Part shown: positions 1 to 12,500 of the stretch, one piece after another | Layout of the letters: every line of letters starts with the position of its first letter | Position numbering within the stretch: the stretch's first letter is position 1 | Assembly (NCBI RefSeq): GCF_032062105.1 | Contig: NW_026918132.1 | Span: 1 to 64,000 of the forward strand | DNA length: 64,000 bases | Direction of reading: 5' to 3' | From: Saccostrea cucullata | Taxonomy: Eukaryota | Made by a program: the position numbers and the translations under genes | The notes under the pieces: generated by a model | The model's input: the letters and a program-made list of their open reading frames with translations, nothing else | The model's database searches: none | Told to the model about the DNA's origin: nothing

Positions 1-50
1 ACATGAAGCCTATAACATAATACGTCCCGTCTTAAGACGGGCGTATAAAA
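1..50 (-). mobile_element. Terminus of a Helentron/HINE-type element
   Basis: Hairpin tacgtcccgtc-ttaa-gacgggcgta next to a T-run on the minus strand, like the 5' ends of the other HINE-type elements in the window. Confidence 0.5.
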
Positions 51-110
51 ACCTTAATTTCTTAAGGTTTAATTTAATTTCTTAATTCATGAAAAGGAAA
101 TAATACTTAC

Positions 111-205
111 TGAGCAGAAGTTGATATTCCAGCCTTAATCCTTGTGTATATAGCTTGAAAACACATTAAATATGAACAACAAGGAGACGCGCACTTCTTG
201 TCCAT
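111..205 (-). CDS. Possible first coding exon of a divergent upstream gene (unidentified)
   Basis: Minus strand: TATA-like 394-386, ATG at 205, open MDKKCASPCCSYLMCFQAIYTRIKAGISTSA to a perfect gtaagt donor at 110-105. Confidence 0.3.
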
Positions 206-1014
206 CGGTTGAATTCAAATTTTGACCTAGATAAGCTGCAAACAGCTATACTCTGCCCAGCAAGAAAATTGCATAACAGGGTTATCCTGACACTGAAACT
301 GACCAACTAAGCGAGAGGCACTCCTTATCTGATATCTCGAAGGTTTTCGGGGAGTGGATCTTAAGTAATGCAACTTGACCGGGGTTATATATAATTGTCA
401 GTGTGAAAATTCTTATGAAGTTATTTGAATTTTTTTTATATTTTGTGAAAAGAAAGATTATAGAATTAATACACACAACAAAAGCACAATTTAATAAAAT
501 AAGACTTCTTAGATTCGCTCTGTATACGTATAATCTGCGCAAGAGTATACGGCACGGATCCATATGAGTCTAATTTTTATTTTTATTAATTCTATAGTAA
601 CATGGAATTACAGTGAGATGTTGGATAAAGATGTTTTTATTTATTTTAAGCTTATATTTAACATATTTTATAAATATATCAAAAAAAAAAAAAAAAAAAG
701 CATTCACAATTTTTGATTTAAAAAAATAACCTTTTTTGAAACATAATTAATATTATAATGAAGTGTTAAATGTAGATGCATGCTTCATATAAACTCATAT
801 TTAAAATTTTATAACGGTACTAGCTATTGACACAACTCTTTTGAGTGAATTAATTTATAATGCATGCGTTTAATTTATTAAGTATGATTATTATATATAT
901 AATATTTTCTAACAATGCAAACAGCTGCGTGTATATTGTGAAAAATCGCATGGATTAGAAGTTAAAGACACCTTTATATTTTGAACTTAAAAACTAAAGT
1001 GCTCAATACTCGTT

Positions 1015-1577
1015 ACCCGTTGTTTCAACGTTAAATTTTCCTAACTTTCCTTAAGTTGAAAATAATGTATGTTGCATCTTCCACGTTGTTTCAACGTTGA
1101 AATCAAGAGACGGTCAACGTTGCATTTTTAAACCTTGTTTTAACTCTACATAATCAGAAAATACTCAACGTTGAAATTATGTTGAATCTTCAACGTTGTT
1201 TTAACGTTGAATATTGACGAGCATTCAACGTTGAAAATATGTTGCAGCTTCAACGTTGTTTCTACGTTGAAATATCAACGAACATCAAACGTTGAGAAAA
1301 TGTTACAGCTTCAACGTTGTTTCAACGTTGAAATATCGACGAACATTCAACGTTGAAAATATGTTGCAGCCTCAACGTTGTTTCAACGTTGAAATATCGA
1401 CGAACATTCAACGTTGAAAATATGTTGCAGCTTCAACGTTGTTTCAACGTTGAAAAGAGGTTGAGGATTCAACGTTGAAACCTCAACGTTGAAACAACGT
1501 TGAAATATAGTTGATCAACGTTGCAACCTACATTCCACCTCCTTTCAACGTTGAAACAACGTTGCGTGCCTGCTGGG
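1015..1577. repeat. ~61-bp tandem repeat of palindromic TTCAACGTTGAA units ending in a CCCAGCAGGCAC-type transposon terminus (minus strand)
   Basis: Unit ttcaacgttgaaaatatgttgcagcttcaacgttgtttcaacgttgaaatatcgacgaaca; right end gtgcctgctggg. Confidence 0.75.
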
Positions 1578-4364
1578 TAGTGCCCACAAACTGAAAATCT
1601 TTGGTTGCGCCCCCTCCCCGTAATGCTTCAATTACGCATTGTTACGGGCCTGGCATGGGGTGACAAATAATAATGGTTTAAAATGTGGTCCCTCCTTTTT
1701 TTATAATATCTATTAAAACGTACATGTTGGCTAAGCGTCAGCCAAAATGACTTAACTATGCTAAAACGACTTTTGATGAAACGGGCCCCTGTGGTCAGGT
1801 GGTACTGTACATAGTCTAAGCCTATAAGTTTACTTGTATGCCAAATGGTGTAAGAGGAATAACTTTCAATCAAGACTGGTAATTGTTTTAATCAGCTGTT
1901 AATGATAAAAAAATTTATTTATACTTGCTCAACGAAGACAAGTTAGAGTTTTTTTTTCTTCTTTATATGCCTAAAGTTTGCTTTTTCGGCTTTCTGATAC
2001 ATAATTCAGCTTTCTGAATGACTTTTCCGGATTAATTACGACTACATGTACCGTTTACTGATTTAGTGATTACGCAACCACTGATGCAGACATAACAAGA
2101 AACAAAAGAGAAAGGAAAACTAAATTTTCCATGAAGCCATTGCTGGCATAAAAAATGATTGACTGAAATGTAGAGTGTAAGTTTTCCCATTTTGCATTAA
2201 CTGGTTATATTTATCTGATGCTGTATTTTACGGTCCGAAATCCAAATAATGATGTTTCAACTTTTTGTAAACATGAGTAGGGCCTATAGCCACTACCACA
2301 GCTGACCGGGAAAGGGTTTTTATGTTTAATTTTATTTTAATATATGCCCTTGGCTGCGTGTTATTGTTATCAAAACAAAGATGTCTTTTTATTTAAATTG
2401 AATTCGTTTCCAGTTCTGTCTGTTACATTTAACAGTTACCGTATAATATTTACAAAAAAATTCTTACTTTCGTTTTGAATAACAGATCTGTGGCCATTCA
2501 CAAACTCTTAAACAGTTAAACGAATGAAACGAGACACAACTAGAACAAGCACCATTAACTTTTATGTCAAAAATATATTATCGCAAAATTCTATAGGCCT
2601 ACATTCATCATGTTCATACAATTTGTATAATGAAAAAAAAAAGATTTTCTAGGGTGAGAAGCCCTAAAAAGCTACTGTTTTTTGATAAATTGACTTGGAT
2701 CTCCTTTTGTACTTATTTTAAAAATTGGATGAAAAAAAAACAAGCCGAATTTAATGAGGAATATAGCTGTCTAATTTTTTGGTTCATGATGAGATCAATT
2801 GAAAGTGGCTTGTGTGATAATTTGCATAACGCCGATATTATCATGCAAGTCAATCGCTTGATCATAGTCACTAACCCCAAAAATATGACAGTTAATTCTT
2901 ATGATTTTCCAAATCCTGTGCTACAAGCCCAGCTTCTGAGACCCAAAAAAATCATGCCGGGCGGAACAGAGCTAACTGAAAGCTAAAGTTGGTCTGGGTC
3001 CATTTCCAGAGAGGAAAAAAATTCGGTTGTTTATATAGAAAAAGAAAGACTTAATGTACTTCAAATAATCACTTGGCACACCTCAGCCAATTTGTATCTC
3101 ATCTTCTTTGATTATAACAGGAACCTTGATGTGTAATTTCTATATTATCCCTTAAAGTTCCTGTAATTATACAAGCAGTCACAAAATAAATACTATTAAA
3201 TCACATATTTTCGAGGGGTCAAATTTTCGTGGTTTGAGGAAAATATATTGGTTCATGGGAATTTGATTTCGTGGTTGAAGAATTGTTCAGCAGTAATATA
3301 TGTGAAAAATTGCATTTCATGGTGGACATAAATTCATGGGTCTCTTCAAAACTTGAAAACCACAAAAATTAGGCCCCCACAAAAATTAGTGATTACACAG
3401 TAAATTACTCTATTGAGACATTACATATAACATGCATGCATTTGAATTTACCAATCAAAAGTTCTCATAGATTTTCTAGAATTCTCTGTTTAGTAGGATG
3501 GTTACATACGGTTTAAGCGCATTAATTAGTTTGAATTTGAAATAGCTGAATAAAGCTCCTTGAGGTAGGGAAATAAAATAAAGATATGGAAGGTAATTCT
3601 ACCTAAGTAGCTCTTATAAACTGATTGTACTGAATCTGTATACATATAACTTTTTTTGATTGGTTCATTGCCAATTTTTGATTTCTGGAGCTCTGATGTA
3701 ACACTGCTTGTAGCCATGTAAACTGAATTTAACCATCTTAATAAGGGCGAAACGATTACACGTGTAAACAGGGACGTTTCGATTATATGCTCTAAATGTT
3801 TACAGATTGAGTAAACGTTTACACGAAGGTCATTATCAATGTCTATCAGAAATAAACTTTAACACAAACAAATTGTTTTATTTCATAATTTACAAAAGAA
3901 ACATCGTCTTTGACCATATGATAAGCAACAATCTATACCGGAAACATATTGAATAAAAATATCTAAAACCCTATACGGTCTAACATATTTTATTCCGAGT
4001 TGCGAATACTAGCGATGTTTTATGACACTTGAAATATATAAATATATATTTTGATTAAATAAATATTAAAACATTTTTCACAAGTCTTTGAAAAGTGTTT
4101 CAATACAGTCAGCAGGTCTTGTTTTACTTTTTTCGAGATTAAAAGATCTATCTTTACAATTCTTTTTCTACGTCTGGTATGTAGCCAAACAAACCAATGC
4201 AGTTGGGTGACGATGTAGAAAGTGAACTTATTGTTCTTACGTTATAATGACCAACAATGAAATTGTAATAACAACTCATATTTATATTAAAGTGAAAGAA
4301 TTAATAATTCGAGTTTCATGAGTAAGTAGTCATAAAAATCCAACATAAAATATCTCCTGTTTAA

Positions 4365-6096
4365 GGTAGGTCGCGGGTTTACTGCATAAAAATTCTTACG
4401 AGAAAACATATCCTGAAAATTTGATATAATGTTCCTGAGAATTTACTACGTATTATCTGTAATTTTTATCAAATTTGCCTACGTAGTTTTAATGCTATAT
4501 TACTATAAACGCGGTATTGTCATTAGTACATTTTTTACGCTTTACTATTGAAATATATGGAAAAATGACGTTTTCAAGCCAATTTTGTGAAAATAGTTTC
4601 TTTTTAAAAGATTCGACAACTTTTTAAAGGCGTAGACGAATTAATCAGGAATTTCAAAATGTGAAGATGAGGTAAAATCAAAACTATTGATATAAAAAAA
4701 TCAATATGTCTTCTCGCTAGATTTTTCGCTAAAAAAATTCAAAGTTCCCTTTTATATTGCTGAAATGTTACGTTTATAGCGTTATTTATGTCTACAACGT
4801 CATTTGTTGAACGTTGTAATGTTTACCGTACGAATATAAATATTTTGATAAACGCAAAATTTAATTTTATTCCTCATTTAACTTATTTCGAAAATATATT
4901 AGGATGACCAACAACTTATTTTCACTAGTATTGTGAAATTCATATTCTAATCACAGAGTTGAAATGAAGGGTATAAACATTCCTCGTGCACGAGAATTAA
5001 CATGCATCGACAATACCGCGAGTGATAAAATATAAGTTCCTGTATTTTTAGGAAATTCATGGTGGAAAGGATTTCAGGCATAACACCTAAATTTGATAAC
5101 TTTATTAAAAAACGGTAAAAGAAAAAAAACTTCCAGATACTGGGGAAATTAGCCGGGGGGGGGGGGCAATTTCCTTTCTATATATATATTAGACGCAAGC
5201 TAGTATATGGGCCATACTCTTGAACATTTGTTAATTTCGAATTCTCTAAATCAAATTTCCATGCACAAAATGTAAAATACATATACTTGAATTGAGCTTT
5301 TACACTTAGACTAGAGCTTTTGTTTAAAACTTTTAATAATAGAAAAAAAATACTTGTAAATTGTTCACAGTGTCATATAGGTCTTACAGTTCAGGTGTTT
5401 GTATAAATTTGGATTTTGAAAGCATTTCACAATTTATTAGCCAGTAAAACAAAGCGACTAGATGAGATTAGTTAGATACATAATAACCAAATAATACTTA
5501 ATAATAATGATGATGATGATAAGAAAAAAAGAGGAAAATGCATGTATTAAATTTAATGCGTTTTTAGTGTTGAAGATTGATTCCATCCTGAAAATTATAC
5601 GTATATTTTCGCCCCAGCGTTGATTAGCAGTCATGATGCTATACGCATGTTTCCCCGAGTTGCAAATAACGTGCGCAAATTTATACAACCCCTCAAGTTT
5701 TGATAACTCTTTCTGCAACCATAACTTTCACGCTGACTTATTCTGATTGACTTTTAGCAGTTTAGTAATACTAGTACTTACATTATAAATTATTCCTTTC
5801 ATTCAGTATTGTATTTAATTTTTCCTAGGGCATTACATATACTAGTAATTACATGAAAGTTCAGACTGAAATTTAATATAAAGCATGTACGAGGTTTACG
5901 TAGAATAGCATGCACGTTGTATTAATCTACTTGATTCGTACAGACTTAAAGTCATTTGCAGAGAATTAAGCGGGAAACAACGCAACGTTGCCTTTGTGAC
6001 GTAAATAACGTCATAATCAAATGTGCACAAAACAGCCGCTCGAATCGTCGAAATTGTGTACCAAAATTGATGACGAAAGCAAACCCGCGACCTACC
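4365..6096. mobile_element. Non-autonomous DNA transposon with TTAA TSD (Kolobok-like)
   Basis: ttaa|GGTAGGTCGCGGGTTT ... AAACCCGCGACCTACC|ttaa perfect 16-bp TIRs; no transposase ORF. Confidence 0.85.
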
Positions 6097-6258
6097 TTAA
6101 ACGGTACCATTTCGTTTACTGCTATCCATTTAAACGTTTACAAAATTCAGTAAACGTTTCACCCTTACATCTTAACACAGAAAATTTACAAGAGGCACTT
6201 AAATAACCTTTCTTTCTATAAAGTAATTTCTTAACTTGCAGGGGAAAAAGAAATCATC

Positions 6259-6591
6259 ATGAACTGTGTCAAGTGCCATAATCCACTTCAGGACAAAGAC
6301 AATTTTTGTCCCGAGTGTGGACAGAAAGTGTCGAGGGATACCACAGCCAAGTCAGTCCCGTGCCCCAGTACCATTCAGGATGGGGCCAGGACCCCTGAAC
6401 CCTGTGGGGAGGAAATCAAGGAAGGAAGGAGATTTTGCAATAAGTGTGGATGGAGGATAAATCCTGCTTGTTTCCTACCAGGTGCAAAAATGTGCAGTGG
6501 AATGCACCATGTGACAACATTGTGACTCCCAACATCATGTTCTGCTCAGAGTGCGGGACAACCCCAGGCTCTGGGACACAGAATACAGATA
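6259..6591 (+). CDS. RNF213: RNF213-like coding exon 1: three zinc-ribbon units; internal frameshift near 6505
   Basis: Acceptor ttgcag at 6241, ATG 6259. MNCVKC..FCPECG and PC..PC..FCNKCG, then after a frame change PCDNIVTPNIMFCSECG. Donor a|gtaag at 6591 (phase 1) matches the next exon. Confidence 0.85.
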
Positions 6592-9500
6592 GTAAGAAAT
6601 ACAAATGTTGATTTTAAAATATCATAAAATTTTATTACCCATTTAACCACTTAATAATAGATGAAAGATTCCTGGGGAATTTGAATTCTATTTATCCAGG
6701 CCGGATCCAGAAATGCTTTTCTGGGGGGGAGGGGGGGGAGGGGGTCACCCCAATCCAAAAAGTTTTTGCAAACCCGAGAAAAGTTTTTAACTACTAAAAA
6801 AACAATCAAACAACATCTTTTCAACCAAACATGAAAAATATATTTTGGGGTGCATGGATGGAGTGGGGGATGGGGTGGGTGGGGATGGTTGGTGTTAGCT
6901 TCAGACCTACGACTTTCATACCTATTTCATAGGTCTGCCTTTTCAAGGAGGGGTCTGCATTTTATAGGGTGTCAATTCAGCAAATTCCAGGTGGGGGAGA
7001 CCCATGTTATCTGTCTGTCTGCTTGTTTTTCTGTCAATTCGATTACCATTAGCCATTGTGTTATGAATTTTCTAAATTATTAATGATAATTATTTTTTCA
7101 CAGGTTCTAACAGAAATACCAATAATTCAAATCCTTTGCCATCAACCAAACAGAATCTACTTGAATCTGGAATGGCACAAAGTGATGCATTACTTACACT
7201 TGATAAAGATCCGACAAAAAACACTCTTCCAGTGAGAACTGAAGATGAAGAAAAATCCTGTTCTGTCTCAAGAAGTTCAACAGCTATTCAAAGCGTGGAT
7301 AAAGATATGAAAAATCTCTCTTTGAAGGATGCCAATAAAGATGCAACTGTCAAACACACAGGATGGAGTGATAACAATCTTGAAAAGAAAATGGTTACAT
7401 CCCAGGAAAAACTTGATGATCCACAACAGAGTGAAAATTTGAGTGACAAAACAGAGAATCCTTTTACTGAGCCTGGAAAGACAGAAGAATTAGAAAAGAA
7501 AGACATAATAGAATCAGGGGGCCGAATGGAAGACTGTGTGACAATTGACTTGAATAAATCACAGCAATTGAAGAATGACTCTCAGTTTGAATCCAGTGAA
7601 GCAAGTCAAAAGAATCAACTGTTGGACAAAAATATACAGTCTCCTCCATCTGGCGGCCAAATATTTCCAACACCAAACCAAAGTGGAAATATAACGCACA
7701 CAAGATCACAGTCAGATGATAATGCGAAAGACCGAGATGAGGAAAAATCATCTGATATTTGGTGTCCACCCAAAGACAAAGCAAAAATAGATGAAAGTGC
7801 AGCAAATGCTAAAAATTTAAAGGACGGCTGCACGCTCAGTGACAGTGTTCAAAACAAAAGCCATGAACAGAATAGCTTGCAAAACAAACAGCAGACTGAG
7901 CAAGACAATGAAAACAGAAAAGAGGCTGAAAGTCAAGATGAATCAGACAGTGATACAGAGAGCAGCAGTGAAGGAGTATCGGATAAAGAAAGCGTATCAG
8001 AAGTTGCGGGATCACAGCCAAAGAGAAGGAAGAAAGCAAAAAAGAAAGGTAGAGAGAAGTACATGAAGAAAAAGGCCAGGAAAGAAAAATCAAAAAGCAG
8101 CAAAGAAAAGGATTATGTACCAGAGGAAGCTTCCAGTCTGACTCAAAAGACGCCAAAAGTAAATGAGGCCATGGAAAAAAGCAATGAAATTCCTACACAA
8201 GAAAAACCTTCAGATGTTGGGAAAAGAGATTCTTCTGGATCATCAGAGCCTGCAAAAGCAGTATCTCAGTCCACAACAACCACTGGAAGTAACTCAACGG
8301 CTTTTCCTTCACAAAATGAATCATCATGTGACCCATTGTCACAGGGACAAGCTGGGTATGGAGATGGAACAAGTGTTGATCCACCTGCCATGAATATTGG
8401 AGACAGTAATGTACAGGTAGCTTCTCATGATATTGTATTGCTTTTTTTTTTAAACAAAACCTTTAGTTAAACTGACTAGAGGCTCAAATGACCTCTGATC
8501 AAGGTTTTCAGGTATGTTTATGTTTCGATCTTTATTATACCCCCACTCTGAAGAAAAGGGGGATATACTGTTTTTTCCTTGTGTGTCTGTCTGTCCGTCC
8601 ATCCGTGTGTCTGTCTGTAACAAAGAGCGATATATGGTAAGTGTCTCAATTGGCCCCTCAAAATGAATATCTTAATTGTACTTTATATATAGCTTTAATT
8701 TGAACAGCTATATATGCGACTTTTATTGGTCATTTTCATTTTGATGAAAATGCCGTTATTCTAGAAATGTGACATCATAAAAATAACGTTTTCCCGCCAT
8801 TTTAGCATATTTTGTATAAAACTGCTTATTTTCAAGCAGTTTTTCTTCCAGAAAATATGGAGCGCAGCTTAGAACAAGATTTATATTTTTACCAAAGATG
8901 TATCTATCCAATACTAATTAGTGACAGAAAAATTACGTATGTTCTACACTGCGCTCTATGTTTCCCATAAGAAAAAACATCAAGAAAAAGGCATATTTTT
9001 GGCTTTTTTGTTAGATTGCAAAAATAGTAGTATTTCTCATGTCATTTACAGCTAGTGAGTGCATATAAATGTGGAAAATATATTGGAAATATTTCTAATA
9101 TAATCTCTTTTACAAAATAAATATCAATTAAACATATTTGAATGTCATTCTAAAATGTTGATTTTTCGGGGGCCTAAATTGGCTCTTATCATATATACTC
9201 CTTTTTGGTTGCAGTTTTCTCAGCAACTACCCATCACATAAGCTTGAAATTTTAGCACATTAATACTTAGGCATACCATATTATAGGATGGATTTTTGTT
9301 GAAGTCTGATGTTATCTCCTGTCCATCCGTGTGTCTTTCTGCACCAAACATAATAAATTTTTGTCACTGACAGTTTTCTCAGCAACTATTAATTGCAGAT
9401 ATTTGAAATTTAAGTATATTTTTGCTGATCGAGGCATACCCTATGAAGGGAATAATTTCTGTATGAACCTGATGTCATCTTCATATTTAAATCCATGCAA

Positions 9501-12500
9501 CTAACAGTAACTGAACTTGTGTATATTAACATGATAGTGTATCATTCACATAAGAGAAGGGGCATTTCTAGTAAGCATTGGCTCATAGACCTCTTGTTTG
9601 TTTGTCCGTAGATAAAACATTCACATTTTCATCTTTTTGAACCACAGGAATCATTCAGCCAATTTGATCCAAACTTTGCAAAAAACATCCATGGGTGATG
9701 GTATTCCAAACTTTGCAAAAAACATCCATGGGTGATGGTATTCTTTTTAAATTAAAACTTAAAAGGAGGGTCATGCCCCATATGAAAATCGGGGGTGGGG
9801 GGGGGATAATAAATTAAAGGAAAAGTATGTTTAAGTCAGCAAACAAATCATCATCTCAAAAATCATGGGGCAAACAAAAATAAAATAAATAATTTCTTAA
9901 AAAGTTTATAAAATAAAGGGGAATTTATTTCCCGAAATCATGTCTTTAACATTTTTTAAGGACTCATTTTGGATCACTAAAGAATGGAAATATACGAGGG
10001 TCATTCAAAAATTACGCGGACTTGTTGCACAGAAGAAATATTTGACAACATAATCGGGCAAAATTTCACAAATAATATAAAAGAATCTTTACTTATATGG
10101 TCTTCAAAATTTCATATCAAAATGTTGTAAATTGGTATTCATTTTGGGTGATTTTTCAGGACATACCATTAAGTCACGGCGCAGCAAATTCTTCGACGTC
10201 ACAAGCATTATACAAAATATGTGATTGAGCTTTCATTTCTCAACATTTTCCCTTGAATACCTGTATAGTTTGAGTTACCTTATCTACTCAACATCAAAAC
10301 ACCATTTCTTGTCAAGCTTAAAATCTATTAAACAAATACATGTAAAGAATATTCCTTTTTTGTTTTAAAACCAAAAACTACTTATGAGATATAGTGTGAT
10401 ATTGGTGACTCTCAATCACGTTCTTAACAGTCCGGATAAAGTTAACTTTTCGTCTATAATCTTCTTCCTGTCCTCCCGTATAGCCTTTTTACAGAGGTCT
10501 AACTGTCTAAAATTTCAATTTGCTATTTGTGGGCGAATGTCACGAGCAGCCTAGTTTACTACATGTTTAATTATGCATATTTTGGATCTATGTTGCCGAT
10601 ATCTCGAGCATTACACATATTTCAACAAAAGTGTGGTGCGCCGTCAATTCAGGAGACGTCATTTTCACAATCGTTTTCAGGGGAATCGCATCAGAGAAAA
10701 ATCACTATATTTCTGTTAGTACTTCAAATATTACGTCCAAAATCTAAATACATAATAATATAACAATTTAAAGGTATGTTTGAGAAAATGGTTGAAAAAT
10801 ATCGCGAATTTTAGAAATCAATGAATTAAATTTTTGAATCTGCATGCTTGTGCTTCGATTTTTTTGTCGTGCGCCGTACCTCTCCATCAACGATATCAAC
10901 ATTCCGATAATTTTAGTATAATTTTTTTAAAATACAGAAATTTTGCCCAAAATTTATTGGAATCTTTAAGATACATATTTCTGTGAAATTTTATAACTAT
11001 ATGACGTCTGTAAGAGTAAAAAATAGCACAGTCCGCGTAATTTTTGAACGGCCCTCGTAATTATGTTAAAAAGGAAAATTGCATTCTTTTCCTAATCATC
11101 AGAGCCCCATTTAGTCAAAGTAATTAAGTCTAGTATATAATCAGGATAATATACCTTTGGCATATGTTTTTATTTATTCAAGGTATGTACCCCTGGCAAA
11201 GGATTTAGACATTAGGCCATTCCACAATTTTTCTCTGTGTTTCATCTTTCAAAAACCTACCTAACTATTCACAAAAACATACTGTACATTCAAGTCAAAA
11301 AATAAACAGACTTAATTCATAAAAATAATGCCATTCAAATGATTTAATGACATAAATCTGTATATCTGAAAGCTAAAAATACATCTTCTTGAAAAGTTTG
11401 ACACAAATTTTTTTTTGAAATTAACAAAATTCTAAGTAAGATGTTTACTAAATAAATCAGTCTCTGGACTTCTGATTTTTTTTCCTCCTGGTATAGGGTC
11501 TCAGAAACTAAAGCCCACACGGATGTAAAACTTTGAAAAAACTTGCAAGGGCCTAATTTAGTTTTACATGAGAGATAAAAAAATCTTATCACCAAGAACA
11601 AACTACTTGTTTAAAAGAATTTATAAAATTATACTTACACAGAAATATATATGTATTGCATGAAGTTGATTGTAACATTGAAAATTTTCACCCCAAGAAA
11701 ACCATTGTCAACCGAGGGGCAGCCGAGGTTGACAATGGTTTTCGAGGGGTGAAAATTTTCAATGTTACACTCAACTATACATACAATATTTATCATATTA
11801 TACTTAATGTTTTATACGAATACATATAACAGTGAACCGTGCGTGCATAAATTCTGTGCAGTCGCTATTTTTTGGAATATCACCGGTCGTCAAGCATTGT
11901 TGACTGTTGCTACTCTGGAGGGCATGGCTTCATTATAGCGGGTAATAGTGTTTTTAACAAATGTTTCTCGACCAATCAGATTCAACTAATTAACATGACA
12001 GTATAATATGAATTCTTAATACTGGTACATATGGGTGCATGGAATGCAGTTCATGACACTCATTAGCCTGTTGATATTTTGTAGAACCAGAATTTGTCTA
12101 CAGCATTCAGTGGAAGATCTTATGCAGATGCTGCAACAACAGGGTATTTGTGTATTTTCTCACAGTTACGTTGTTCAAGAATATCCTTAGCATCATAATT
12201 ATATTATATGGTTATCTCATATTGTTAAATTATAATTAAACTCTATTATTTTGTAGAAATGTTATGATGACAAGAAGCAAAACTGAAAGTGTGGAAATAA
12301 ATTTTTGTGCCATTGCATCACCTAAATTTCTTGTCAATCTATCAAATAGTCGAGTTTGCTTGAGATTCAGTGCAGTTGAGTTAGGAGGAATGAATAGTTT
12401 TTGGTCAACATCATGGACACAGTAAGATTTTTAGTGTAATTACTAGGGATGGCAATCAAATGCAAAATTGCTAATTGGTTAACTGCAAGAAGTTCCGACA

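Noticed and set aside
1015-1577. Palindromic repeats resembling CRISPR direct repeats
   Set aside because: The intervening sequence is itself repeated; eukaryotic context with a DNA-transposon-type terminus
2630-2986. 118-aa ORF and the other short intronic or antisense ORFs
   Set aside because: No recognisable domains; consistent with chance ORFs, TE sequence or antisense shadows of true exons
7136-8470. Stand-alone 444-aa gene
   Set aside because: The ORF begins at TTG and is bounded by in-phase splice sites; it is exon 2 of the RNF213-like gene
4365-11057. Autonomous transposase in the TIR elements at 4365 and 9995
   Set aside because: No long ORF or DDE motif visible; treated as non-autonomous
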